A DNA stretch of 60,505 bases from Catajapyx aquilonaris (taxonomy: Eukaryota), in the NCBI GenBank assembly GCA_000934665.2, contig KZ538588.1:1-60505 (forward strand), read 5' to 3'. Made by a program: the position numbers and the translations under genes. The notes beneath the pieces are model-generated. The model searched no databases, was not told where the DNA came from, and worked only from the letters and a program-made list of their open reading frames with translations. Below, one piece after another: positions 24,820-37,004 of this stretch (positions are counted from its first letter, which is position 1; every line of letters begins with the position of its first letter).

Positions 24820-26404
24820 CAGGCTCCTTGGCATAGTGGGGAACATGAAACTTCCACATATGTTATGGGCGCTTTCTGAACCAGCCATCGCGACAAGAAA
24901 TTCGCGTCCTGACATTTTCGTTTAGTCCAGAAAGCGTTCTGGCCTTTTTAAAAAGACCATTTCGGGGTCTGTCCGTTTTTAAAACGACCACTCCGCGGAG
25001 TGGATGGTCTGAAATGGAGTATTCCGCGGTCTGGGCGTTTTTTCGTCCAATGGCCCCGTTTTCGGGGTTTGAGCATAACAATGTATACTATATAACCTAC
25101 ACCATATAAAAGGAAATATTATGGTTATATAATCTCATCTGCTTCCCTGATGGTATTAGAGATGGCAGACATGAACGTTTTTAAAGGCAAAATTTTTAGA
25201 CCATATCACAAAAGTGGGAGGCCAGAAGGCACGCTGGGAGGAATGGGAAGCGTGCTCGCTCGTGTGCCAACCTCAAGGGAATTGGAGCTGTCGATTTCAA
25301 ATATGGCGGAGCCTCAGGGAAAAAGAATGCGTATTCGAAGCATTGCAACCGAACATTTTCACTTGCTTTAAAAAAAGTCTAAGAGCATCAGAATTTGGCT
25401 GACCAAAAATAGTATGACTGCAGCAGGCCATGTTTTTGTGTAAACGCGCATAGAGGTTAACTGTATCGCACTTACATTGGTGTTGCAACCTTTCCGCCAA
25501 AATAACGATAGGATGTTTACGAGCTGGCGCGGCGCGGCGCCGCGCAAATAATTTTTCTTGGCAAAGTTGACACGCATTGAACTTGGGTCTGGTCTAATTA
25601 ATTTCCGTCAGGAGTGTAGCTGGCGAGCAAAAATGAGTACTGCGGCCGCTTTTGTGCCGAAAACGGTACGCGAGAGGATGAGTGGCACTTGGGTAGCGCA
25701 ATCCGCCACAAAAGGCCATATCTCCATGGGGCTCTGATGGATTAACCCTGCGGCTCATGCAACATTAAGCAGAGTCAACATTGCCGACTTGCATTTCCAA
25801 GCGCCCCCCAACATCCCCTGCTGCTGCCCCCCAGCACTTTTTTTTATCCCCCTCTCAACAACTAAAGATACATTTGATGCTGTGGGGGTGATGCAGTTTA
25901 AAGGCGGCATCGCCGTCACACAGTACCACTTTCACGCTACTACAGGATCGTGGATCGGAAAGATCACGCCCAAGCTTTTATGGAATGTAAACCTGTAAAA
26001 TACTCCGGAAGATTCCATGCCCACGTTCAACTCGCTTTTAAGTGTCAGGGCGGGGGAGGGGGGTTGAAACACTGATTTGCATTAGGGGTCATTATGTAGC
26101 ACAAAATCGTTAGGGGTGGGCCCATATATTACGTCATTCATCACTAGGGGGAGGGAGCTGCCTGATGACCCAAGATGACAAGGGGAGAGGAGGGTTCAGC
26201 AAATGATAGTCTTTTTGATCTTACATTTAAATGGGGAAAGGCGCCACAGTAGCGATATATGGTATGGTCAGAATTTGCTTGAAAAACAAATTATCAGATT
26301 TGAATACACATACACTGTGCTCCTTATTATCCTGGTGTGGATTATCCGTGCATCGTCAAAAAATAAAATTTAAAATTAAAGTTCGAAAAAATGTGTCGAA
26401 GTTT

Positions 26405-26492
26405 CTTCCCACTGCTAGATACTGCTAACTTAGCAGTAATAGTGCCAACACCGGTAGACTTCTAAGTTAGTAGTAACTAGCAGTGGGACGAA
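26405..26492. repeat. Imperfect hairpin (MITE core)
   Basis: TCCCACTGCTAGATACTGCTAACTTAG is inverted relative to CTAAGTTAGTAGTAACTAGCAGTGGGA. Confidence 0.8.
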
Positions 26493-26580
26493 AATTGCGC
26501 CAACAATCAATATGTCTCGCCAACGAAGAAATATAACATACTTTTTCTAGAAGATAGTGTAAAAATCTATGGTGAGTTTT

Positions 26581-27012
26581 AAGTAAAACTTCTATGAGTC
26601 GAATCTCCATGGGACCGGAATAAAACTTCGAGTTATAGAAGATTCGAGTTAGAGAAGTTTGGATTTTTTTAAAGCACATAACTCTATAAGGAAGCCTACT
26701 TTTATATCCAGCGACGAAAGGTGTTCAAAACTTAAAAATAACTGTCACTATCACACTTACAATGTTCCTCATTGTTTTGTTGCAAAAGAAATCTCCGTTA
26801 TGGACATTTGCCTACCCTTAGATTCAAGGATTCAATTGTCACAATCGAGTCAAACACTTCTTTCGGTTCGTCTGGTAGACGGAGATCAGGAAATTGAGCC
26901 TTCCTGTACATGTGGCATACTCTTGACCCTTCGGCTGGGAAATGAGAAAATTTTCCGTACTCGCCAACATGAACTTCGACTTAGGGAAGTTCGACTTATA
27001 GAAGTTTTGCTA
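26581..27012. mobile_element. pogo/Tigger-like MITE
   Basis: AGTAAAACTTCTATGAGTCGAA...TTCGACTTATAGAAGTTTTGCT, with subterminal TTCGA(G/C)TTA repeats at both ends. Confidence 0.78.
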
Positions 27013-27066
27013 TGATTCAACCAACCATCAAGCAGCACACTCTCTATAGTTATAGTCTCTATACAG

Positions 27067-27400
27067 AGGGAGGCGGAGTGGTGCTGCGGTAACGTACGTG
27101 CCCACGGATGTTAAGGTCCCGGGTTCGATCCCAGCCCGGGGATACCCCCTTCATCTCGTGCAGAGTTCAGGGTCACCTCTGGCTTCGTCTCGGGTGGTAT
27201 TTCCACAGACTAAACCACCCGGGGGAGTTCACTAAAAATGGCCACAGCGTCAGATGCACTGCATCTTGCACATCCCCTCCTGTCACCCTGCCCGTGGGCC
27301 CGGGCGCTACGTTATCAGGTCCTGATGTATAATAATGTGTATGAGTAATAAAGGTCCGTGCCATATACTGTAACTCGTAAGGAGTTCGTGCACTACCCGG

Positions 27401-27465
<65 letters not shown>
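27067..27465 (+). mobile_element. tRNA-derived SINE, family C, full length with (ATT)n tail
   Basis: A-box-like TGGTGCTGCGG, B box GGTTCGATCCC, (ATT)n tail from 27401, and a perfect 14-bp TSD TAGTCTCTATACAG (27053-27066, 27466-27479). A near-identical inverted copy lies at 32422. Confidence 0.94.
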
Positions 27466-27467
<2 letters not shown>

Positions 27468-27946
27468 GTCTCTATACAGTAGTATATTAACCCTTTCATT
27501 CCCACTGTAGCCATATGGCAACACGTATTTTAAGATTTAATATGTGCTGTTCTTGAGCTCAGAACGTTGAAGTACCAGTGTTGCCGTATGGACTCAAATG
27601 TAAAGAAGCCACTGATATTGACCAACAGATGGTGTGAGCCGCCATTCATGCGGAAAGACAAGTTTAAGTAGACCCCGTAAGAGGCGCTGCGATCAGCAAG
27701 GTAACAGGTCAAGATGAATATTTAATTACACTACGATATAATGTGCTATTTAGTGTACCAAATGTATTTAGTCAATTAATGAGATGTGTATATTTTCATT
27801 CTAATATATTTAAAAAAAAATTGAATAAAATTGGCGAAAGAATATGGTGTGGAAAGTGACTGTTGCCATATGGCTACACTGGGCATCAGCTGCTCTGGTA
27901 GGAAGTCTGGTAGGCTTGGTGGGATGGATGGAGCATGGCTCCATTC

Positions 27947-28292
27947 CAACGAGGTATAAATAAGATAGAGGCCGTAAAGGTCGGCCATCTTTGATGCAAT
28001 TGGCGGCCATCGGGCGGCCATGACACTTCACGGCAAGAACTTTGAAATTGTCGTATTTCTAACCCTGTTCTCCTCTGCGTACACTCCTGCCTCCTGGCGG
28101 GGCTGGGAATAAAATGCAGTCTGGTGAAAGTCACCATTTATTCCCAGCCCCGCCAGGAGGCAGGAGTGTACACAGAGGAGAACAGGGTTAGAAATACGAC
28201 AAATTCAAATTCGCGCGTGTTCTTGCCGTGAAGTGGCATGGCCGCCAAAGATGGCTGACCTTTACGGCCTCTATCCTATTTATACCTCGTTG
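27947..28292. mobile_element. Fold-back MITE with 8-bp TSD (P- or hAT-like)
   Basis: CTCCATTC|CAACGAGGTATAAATAAGATAGAGGCCGTAAAGGTC...GACCTTTACGGCCTCTATCCTATTTATACCTCGTTG|CTCCATTC; almost entirely palindromic. Confidence 0.92.
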
Positions 28293-28450
28293 CTCCATTC
28301 TAAGTAAGAAGCTGATAAGAACGGATGCTACAAGTACATTTTAGATGAAAGGTAGTTGTGATTCAGTATAGTTAGTAAATATTCAGTATAGTAATAAAAT
28401 TTATTACTAAAATAGAGTAATATAATTTATTACTAAAAACGACCTAAGGG

Positions 28451-28770
28451 TAGGTGCGGGTCAGAAACTCCCCACGGACACCGCACTTCCTCATGGACAG
28501 GACAAGGATAGGAAAGGAAGGAAGCGGCTGTGGCCTATTTTACGGTACGATCCCGGAATTTTGTCCTGCAACCTGACCCCCTGGGGGACTGCACACGACC
28601 CCCAAATTTCGGACATTGCACTTGGACCCGTATATTCCCCCTCACAAATCCCTATCCCGACCACTGCACCGGAGAGAGAAAATGCGAAGAAAATTTCGTA
28701 AGAAAAAATGGTGGAAACCCACCCCCCTGAAAGGGCTCTGTTCCCTCGAATGAGGTAAAGCTAAAAAAAA
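28451..28770 (+). mobile_element. 5'-truncated SINE (B/A type) with inverted 5' segment
   Basis: 28451-28562 matches ~8655-8765 in the same orientation. 28563-28770 matches the reverse complement of ~8440-8647 and ends in poly-A. Confidence 0.88.
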
Positions 28771-31700
28771 GGAGTACGTACAAAGAAATGCTGTTTTTGC
28801 ATTATTTGTATTTTGTGCCTTTGTGGTCATAGGTTCCCACAGTTGCCATATGGCAACATCCTGTAAAACTCATAATTTCAAATATATATCCAAACTTTTA
28901 TGTTTTATGGGTTTTATGTCACCTCTAATGATGGAAACTAGTAGTAATTATTTTTTCTCACATGTAAAAAAATTGGGAATGAAAGGGTTAAAAACCTGCG
29001 AATAGCTCATTTCTTACGATGTCTAGGACCCTTTTCCGATTATCCGGCGCGCAACACCAGTGCAGTCATTAGCCCGGATAATCGGGAGTACAGTGTATTT
29101 GGAAATAAGAGTTTCAACAAATTTACAAAATGCGGCATATTGCTCCGAAGAAGCCAAATATTGTCTATATATTACGTATATCTCAAGGGATTAGATGCCA
29201 CTCGACGTTTTCATACTTCCTGCTGAATAAAAAATAAACACATAGTAGTACCGCGTGCGTATACTACTCCATGCGGCGTTTGAGTTGGGATAATATATAA
29301 TTCACATGGAAGTTTCTCGCAGTTCCGCACTGTAGCTCCTGTCTTACTCTCCTGCTCCCGAATCCAATACACGTAATATTAGTTCACTTTTCCACAATAT
29401 AGATTTACTGTGGATGGCTAAATGGCATATATGCTATTCTCTTCAACGAGCTTACGTTCACCACATTTCCCAGAACAATTAGTTTTCGTCTCAGTTTCCA
29501 ACTTCTTCGTGACGTCTTACCCCGACACTGCATGAAAGGAAACATCTTCGAGATACCTTTTAAGTGGTTGAAAATGATCAGTCTCAATTGTTCAACCCAC
29601 GCCATGTGAGAGAGGGTAACAAGTTCTACCTGCATTCACTGGCGGTTACAGGGGTCCCAACTGACTGAGCTGAATGTAAAATGATGTGGCCGCCATGAGG
29701 TGAATGTTATAACAAGTAGAACTAGCGGCATCTTTTGAATTTGTATGATAAATAATTATACCATTTCAACTCCAAAAATGCTTCACTTAATAAATTAATG
29801 CACAGGCCGAACTTGTACACTTCTTCTACCGAAGGATAGTTTACCGGCCAAATATAAATACTACACTGTTTGCAAACTAATGAAATTCATTACATGAAAT
29901 GTAATTAAATGGGATTAAACAAGTACAACAGCTTCTTTCGGAGTTGCTTCTCTAACTGGATGTCTATCCAGCACTATCATTCAAACAGTAGAATAAATAG
30001 TCAACGATTTGTCATACATAATACCATACTACCACACCTAGAAGCGGCATGCCGGTGTAGTCAAGGTCGACCAGTTTTTAGAAATGCACGATCTGACTAA
30101 ACCGGCATACCTCGCTTAGACCGGCATGCCGGTATAAGGCGATGGTTTCTTAAGCACAGCATTATCACGATCTCTGTGAAAATTATTGTTACTCAAATGA
30201 CTGCAATACACCTTTTTCTACAGTACGGATACAGCCCGGGACACTTTTATTGGCTGACACATCGCATAAGATCGTTCGTTAAGTTCTCTCACGGCAACAT
30301 CTTCAAATAACTAAAAGTGCAAGGCTGCAAGAAGGGAAGCATACCTAGGAGGATGTTTCATACGTTGAGTTTGCATTGAATCACTGAAAACGAAATGGTC
30401 CCAAGTCCACATGTTGGGCAATGTGGACTTGAGACCATTTCGTTTCCAGTGATTCGATTTTATTCTCTGAGTAACGAGGCTTCTCAGACAAATTGATACC
30501 ACTACATAAAGAGATCCTCTTATTGCCAACGAGATCTGCGACCAGCGAACTATTGAGCAAAACAAAAGGACTGAACTGGGAATTCATTGCCTTGATCCTT
30601 TGTAATGCTTAGGGGAGTTCCCGTCTCAGAGCAGGCTGAATATGGGATTGGTCACACTCTATGCCCTGTGCATATTTCCACAGCCCTGTAGGCCTGTACT
30701 CGCACATTTTTCACCGTAACATTATTTTACTACAGTACATTCCAAAAAAATTAGAAAAGGATCAAAATTATGGAAATCTACCTCGGGTATTGCGGCATGC
30801 AGGCCACCCCCGGGTTATATCGACATGTCACTTTAAGTGAGGTACTACGGTAATAACATATCACTTGTACAATTACTAGCGGAGTAGAATAAAAACAATA
30901 ACCAAGAAACTACTTTTAAAACAGTAGAACGTGCAAAACCTGGCACCATTGTTTTTTCACACTAATATCAGGTCTATGTCGTATAATAACATAATCAAAA
31001 CCCTGTCATGTTGTTACACAGCCATAATATTATTATTGTTTCAGTTTAACAATTTTCAGTGCAGTTTACGAGTAATTTATATAAATGCATGCATAAACAC
31101 ATTTTGTATCGCCATATGTCATCACATGGCCTACAAGAATTAACAGCTGTCAAATGTATGTCGGCTCCATTTTGTGTACCAATATGTATACACAATAGTG
31201 CTGTTGAACCTATAGTGTGCAGTACAAATGGCCAACCAGTTCTTCTTGTCGCGCCTATTACTATACTCACAAAAGATCTGCACTAAAAGCAGCCACCTCT
31301 ATCTCATAGCACAAAAGCTGACAATTTACTGAGTGCAATTCCTTAAATCCAGAATGTTTCTGCATCCGGAAATATTATTTTGGAGAATGCAAACGCTGCC
31401 CCCTGCAGCAGTCCTCACTCCGCCATGCATGTAAATAAATCAGATGGCGATACAAAATTGGCCTGCGAGGAAAAACACACACCGGCACTGTACGTCAAAC
31501 TAACTTACAACAAGCGAGTGTCACACTTTTGTGCCGTGGGCCTCTTCGGAAAAAAAGGAAGGGGGGAGGGGGGGATTCCTTTGAAGATAGTCCGGAGGCG
31601 CCGGGCAGTGAGATAGACCCCATTAGAAGCCTAGGGGCAGAGTGGGCACTTTGCGAGCCGAATATTGTCACCACCTTTGGGGAAGAGGGGCTATAAAAGT

Positions 31701-32421
31701 GGCGAGTCAGAAAGGCGAGATGGTATGGATTGAGCCTTGAGAATAGCGGCCTGGAAACACTATTAAGAGTTGCGGGGGCGGGAGTTTGAGTGGGGGAGGG
31801 AGAGGTTGGAGGAGGGATGGGGGTGATAAAGGGGTTTTGTGGCAAAAGGAGAGGACGTCTCTGCTGCTACGCTTATCCTCTCTTGGCCGTCACAGCAAAC
31901 TTTCCTCCCGGATCGGCCTAATGGCTGTTGGGGAATTGGATTATGGAGAGAGTCTAGTCCCCGCCAACCTCAAGCTTTAATGGAGGACGAGAGCTGCCAA
32001 ATTGGGAGCCCGCGTAGGGAAAAGCAGGGCTCAAGAACCGGGCCTAGGCCTGTCCCCGGGCGGCAGCAGCAGCAGCAGCAGCAGCACAAATGGCGCTCGC
32101 GTCAGTGCAACCGGTGGCCACCTCGCATGTCAACGCAACATATCCGCCTCATATGTCATCCTCAGCACGGTCATTCATCTAAGTTCGCTATTAACTCGTT
32201 AGTGCCAACGATAAAAATTCGCTTAGTATCAATCAGAGTGATGCACAGAGATGGCGCCACATGTTCAAGATGGCCGCCGGACCTAATCAGCTGATCGGAT
32301 TTGATAGTTAGCCTACCTCTCTTGCACAGGTTTAATGCACCTACACGGATGATAATAATCGGCCTCCTTTGGTGGGCTGATTTAGCATCGGAAGTAAGGA
32401 AACTTCCGGTAAGAAATAATT

Positions 32422-32772
32422 AATAATAACTTGATAATAATAATCAGGGGTAGTACTTGACCTCATCTGAGGTATGCAGCACGGACCTTTATTTATTACA
32501 TCAAGTACTGTACATTTGAGCCTTTTTACGTAGCGCCCGGACCCACGGGCAGGATGACAGGAGGGGATGTGCAAGGTGCAGTGCAATGTCTTAATGTGGC
32601 CATTATTAGTGAACTCCCCCGGGTGGTTTAGTCTGTGGAAATACCACCCGAGACGAAGCCAGAGGTGACCCTGAACTCTGCACGAGATGAAGGGGGTATC
32701 CCCGGGTTGGGATCGAACCCGGGACCTTAACATCCGTGGGCACGTACGTTACCGCAGCACCACTCCGCCTCC
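32422..32772 (-). mobile_element. tRNA-derived SINE, family C
   Basis: Reverse complement of the 27067 copy; perfect 16-bp TSD CCGGTAAGAAATAATT (32406-32421, 32773-32788). Confidence 0.94.
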
Positions 32773-35050
32773 CCGGTAAGAAATAATTTGATGGCTTATT
32801 TACTCCAAGATGCAAGAAACCCGTCAAAATGATGCCGAGTCGAATCTAAAGCAAATTTCCGGATAAAACAGAAATCTCCTTTTTGTAACGGGTAACAGGT
32901 TATTATTGGATAACAACTGCAGCCAGTTTGAAGTCAGGGATTCCACTCGATTACGGTTGGAGAACAAATTCTCCGGAAATGACCAAGCAAAAGCCTACCA
33001 GTGCCAAAGAATCCAAAATTGTGAGTCCGACCTGAACGCAAAATCCCCCTTGTAAAGCCCGATCCTCCTCCCCAGGCCAGTCGTTTTTCTGGAAATCCGT
33101 AGAGAAATGGACGCCACCTGTACCTGTTGTAGGAATGGGGCAGGGTTGGGAAAGGGCAGGGGCTGTAAATCCGGAAAAATGGCCACCCTCTTCATGTGCC
33201 CATGGCAGGTCCTCTCCCCTCTCCCTACCCTATCCTCCGATGCCCCCAAAATAAAACGCCTTTATATTCTCATCCCACCCCCGCCATCCCACGTCCCAAA
33301 CACTAAAGTGAAACCGGCTGAGTCCAGAGTGGCCACATCAGCCCGTAGACAAAGCTAAGGGATGCATTTGTTGCTATTTTGCACACTTCCCAATCGATTG
33401 GGACCTGTTTTCAAAGCCGGATTCTAACCAGAGAAGGACATGTAGGCCTGATTACAAATTTCCACACCACAGGAGAAAATATGACAGACGATTGAAAGGC
33501 CTAATTATTATGAACGTGAGAATATTATAGGCTGGACGATGCTATAGCCATAATGACCTATTCCCATTTACTCATTAGGGCCATTAACGCTGCCAAACGA
33601 GGCTCCTAATGCACTTTAAATCCCTCACTCCCCGAACGTGTGTGCTATCATACGAAATAGCTTCCGTTTACAATACTCTGACCACTCTCGTCCGAAAATA
33701 TTAGTCTGCAAGGAAAGTGGCGCAATGAACTCTTCCACATACAGTAAAACAATGGGTATAACGCTTACAGTGTCCATTACATAAGGCGCAAACATGGGTG
33801 GATGTACTTGTTTTCCGCATAAGCAGGCCTTTAATAATTACACTTCACGTTTCATTTGTAAATGATATACCCGCTGATGCGAAAGATGAGATGTAAATTC
33901 ATGCGCGTTGGGACATTTTCGCTGATCATTACATAAAATTTTGAAACGAGACCTGGTACAGGCATGGGCAGAGGCGGGGTCTTAGCCGCTAATTTCAAAA
34001 TAATTGGGGAAAAATTAGAAGCCTGCCTACCTGCCTGCTTCTGCCTTTCCAAAATGTCTGCGGTTGATTGACTACTCCTGAAACTAACCTGACTAGGCAG
34101 GAATATGTGCGAATTACATAGGATACCTCATCCGATTAAGGCTGTAAGCAGTTACGCTGCAAGTTTACAAACCATGAGAGAGGAACTTAAGCGTAGGCTG
34201 CAGTGTTACATTAGCCCTCAAAGCCCAGGGCCGCACAAGTGTAGTAAGCTGTGTGGAAAGGGGCGGAAAGCCTTGCAGCGAGGAAAGTTGGAGGATATCG
34301 AGGCGAGCGCCAACTCGTAAAGTTCGGCGAATTCGCCTGCTAACGAAATCCGGATAGGTCCAAGTAAAGGTTGGAGTTCCATGTTATGATGTACTTTATG
34401 GCTTTATGTCGGGCTGTTGCGCCGTAATTCTCTCCACCTCTCTAAATCATCATTCAGTAGCTCGTGCCATAGATCCCCAGCAGCACAAGTGAGTGGCGAA
34501 AAGATGAAATGGAGCGATTTTCCCCCCTTTTTTCCACGCTATACCCCAGCTTCCGAAGAGTGGAATGGCTCCAGGGGCTTCGCTACGGATGCTGTTTCCC
34601 ACTATACCAGTTCAACGATGGCACATTTTTATATCGCAAACCTCTCTGTTTTTAAGCCCCTGTACTCGCTGCAGCTATATTCTCACCTTTCTGATGGGTC
34701 AATTGAGGCAGAGAAGGAGGAAGACGATGAGGTATGTTAAAGCAACACGGAAGACGGTAATTTTCTGGGGTTTGCTAGATCACACGAATCCTTATTGCAG
34801 CAACTAGCGGTAACGTGCCTTATTTCAAACCCAATATCTGACATTAAAGGTCCTCTAGTCTCTACACACAAATCGTGTTGTGTGTGTAAGATAAACAGCT
34901 GTTCCACCATTTCCATGACTATGAGTGTACTACACCAGATTTGAGAAAATTCCAATAAAAAATTTCATTCCCCAACAATAACAATTCATATTCCAGATAT
35001 GTACTGGCAACATTGTGCCATTTTTAAACAAAGTAGGCCTCCGAATGAAT

Positions 35051-35405
35051 TATTTATTTTTATCTATTTTTTATTTATGTAACCCCGTGATAGGGCGGAG
35101 GCCTTTTAGGGGGGTGGCATACCACCGTCGATTTTCTAGAACCTTTTCTTCAAACACCGGTGTAAGGAAACAAGGAAGCAGGGTAAGGAAGGGTTTTTTG
35201 GGGGAGGGAACATGGGTGCAAGTGCAATGTCGGGAAAGGGCTCATGTGCTGTTCCCCAGGAGGCTAGGTTGCCAGACACCTCCTTGGTGCAGGTCAGAGA
35301 CCCTCCTGACGCAGGTGAAAGGAAAGTTCCCCAGGCGGGGATCGAACTTGGGACCTTTCACTCAGAAAGCCGAGACGTTATCATCTCGGCCACCGCGCCT
35401 TCCCC
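35051..35405 (-). mobile_element. tRNA-derived SINE, family A
   Basis: Homologous to the other A copies; T-rich tail on +; TSD CCGAATGAAT (35041-35050, 35406-35415). Confidence 0.9.
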
Positions 35406-35515
35406 CCGAATGAATAATTAACCTATACCAAATCCAAACTTGGCCTTTTTCAAACACAAGTTCATATGAAAGTTTCCTGGAGCAAATTTTCTGTTCCGCC
35501 ATGGCCGCAACATAT

Positions 35516-35519
35516 AGCC

Positions 35520-35589
<70 letters not shown>

Positions 35590-35879
35590 TTCATACCCCG
35601 TTATCAGCCGGCGGCTCATTAGGGGGGCGGGGGGCTGAGTTCATCCCAATTTTGTTTTGACTGGAACTCTTTGCTTTCATTTTTACTTTGCTTTTTAGGA
35701 TAGGATAGGGACGGAAGGAAGCGGCTGTGGCCTAATTATTTAGGAAGCAATCCCGGAATTCTCCTGGGGGAACCGTGGGAAACCACAGAAAACCACGGTT
35801 AGGATTGTCGGCCCCGGGGCTCGAACCCAGGACCTCCCGATTAGCAGTCGAACACCTCACTCCATCAAACTGCTTCGGT
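35516..35879 (-). mobile_element. tRNA-derived SINE, family B, with (TTA)n tail
   Basis: B box GGTTCGAGCCC, GGAAGGAAGCGGCTGTGGCC core, (AAT)n at 35520-35590, and TSD CA(T/C)GGCCGCAACATAT at ~35500 and ~35880. Confidence 0.88.
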
Positions 35880-36832
35880 CACGGCCGCAACATATTCTTC
35901 AGAAGAGTAGATCCGAATGGGTATTTAGGCGATATGAATGGAACCAACTGTTTGCACATGACTGGAAGCGGAAGCAAATCAACATACAGTACTATCCCAG
36001 CCAGGCTGGCTACGAAAGAAAATATTTCCAGGCCTTTTTCCCGTTCCAAAAAATCCAGGTGGTCACTACTTCCTGAGTAGGCGTGGGCGCATACCAATGA
36101 GTGACGATGGGTAGTCACGGGCTCGACCCCGTTTCTTGCCCTGTAATTAGCGTCCGGCGGCAACTCAACTTGTAAATTCATGTCTCCCGCAAGGAGTTAC
36201 TCGCCGACTCTGACTAGCATGCTAATCACGGCTATAGCTGCTAATATTCGCCTGCCATTTCAGATTCGTTCGGGCCTAATGTGGAGGTGTGTGCCGGCTG
36301 CATTATGGGCCGACATATGCGATGCTTATCAGGGGACATTTCTGACGCCATGTCAGTCATCGTCACCTAGGGCCGTTCGACATGCGCAGAACCGGACGGA
36401 GGTGCAATCGCTCGTAACTCCCTGCGAGAACTATGACAGCACACGCCAATCCTCGTAACTTACGGCAATTGAGCCACTAACTCGTAAGTTACAGGGACGC
36501 TGTAGTATCGGGTCAATGTGGCATGCGTAACCCTAACTGACGACTGAACACGATTCACGAGTAAGTCGAGTGTGCACACAGGGTCTATTGCAGCCTGCAG
36601 TACATATGCCGATTCTTGCACAAAAACTTAAGAAGCTATTTGCCTGCTTCGAATTTTTCATCATGTACTGGACAGAGAAATCAAATAATCCAGATGCATA
36701 TCATTCAGCTGTGAATAATCTTATACTAAAAAGTACCTTCATATGATGGAATCGCAATAACATATGTGCTGGGAAAAGGGTTTGGATAGGATCGGAATGT
36801 AGACATTAAGAATTTTAGTTGGCATACAGTAA

Positions 36833-37004
36833 AGCCGCGTTTACATGTGAACGATTTGATCAGCTATGTCATCGCTCAGCGAAGAATACAATTGTTTGGG
36901 GCGAAAATCGATTTTTACCATGGATTTTTACTTTCCCCCAAAGAATTGTATTCTTAGCTCAGCGATGACATCGCTGATCAAATCGCACTCATGTAAACGC
37001 GGCT
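36833..37004. mobile_element. PIF/Harbinger-like (Tourist-type) MITE
   Basis: TAA|AGCCGCGTTTACATG...CATGTAAACGCGGCT|TAA, with ~60-bp imperfect arms and a 3-bp TAA TSD. Confidence 0.88.

Larger units (their letters stand above)
27491..28987. mobile_element. piggyBac-like non-autonomous element containing nested insertions
   Basis: TTAA|CCCTTTCATTCCCA...TGGGAATGAAAGGG|TTAA. The palindromic motif TGT(A/T)GCCATATGGC(A/T)ACA occurs at ~27507, ~27861 and ~28840. Confidence 0.85.
26313..29095. mobile_element. Putative pogo/Tigger-like MITE expanded by nested insertions
   Basis: TA|CACTGTGCTCCTTATTATCC ... GGATAATCGGGAGTACAGTG|TA, a 17/20 inverted match. About 430 bp remain after removing the nested elements. 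Confidence 0.5.
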
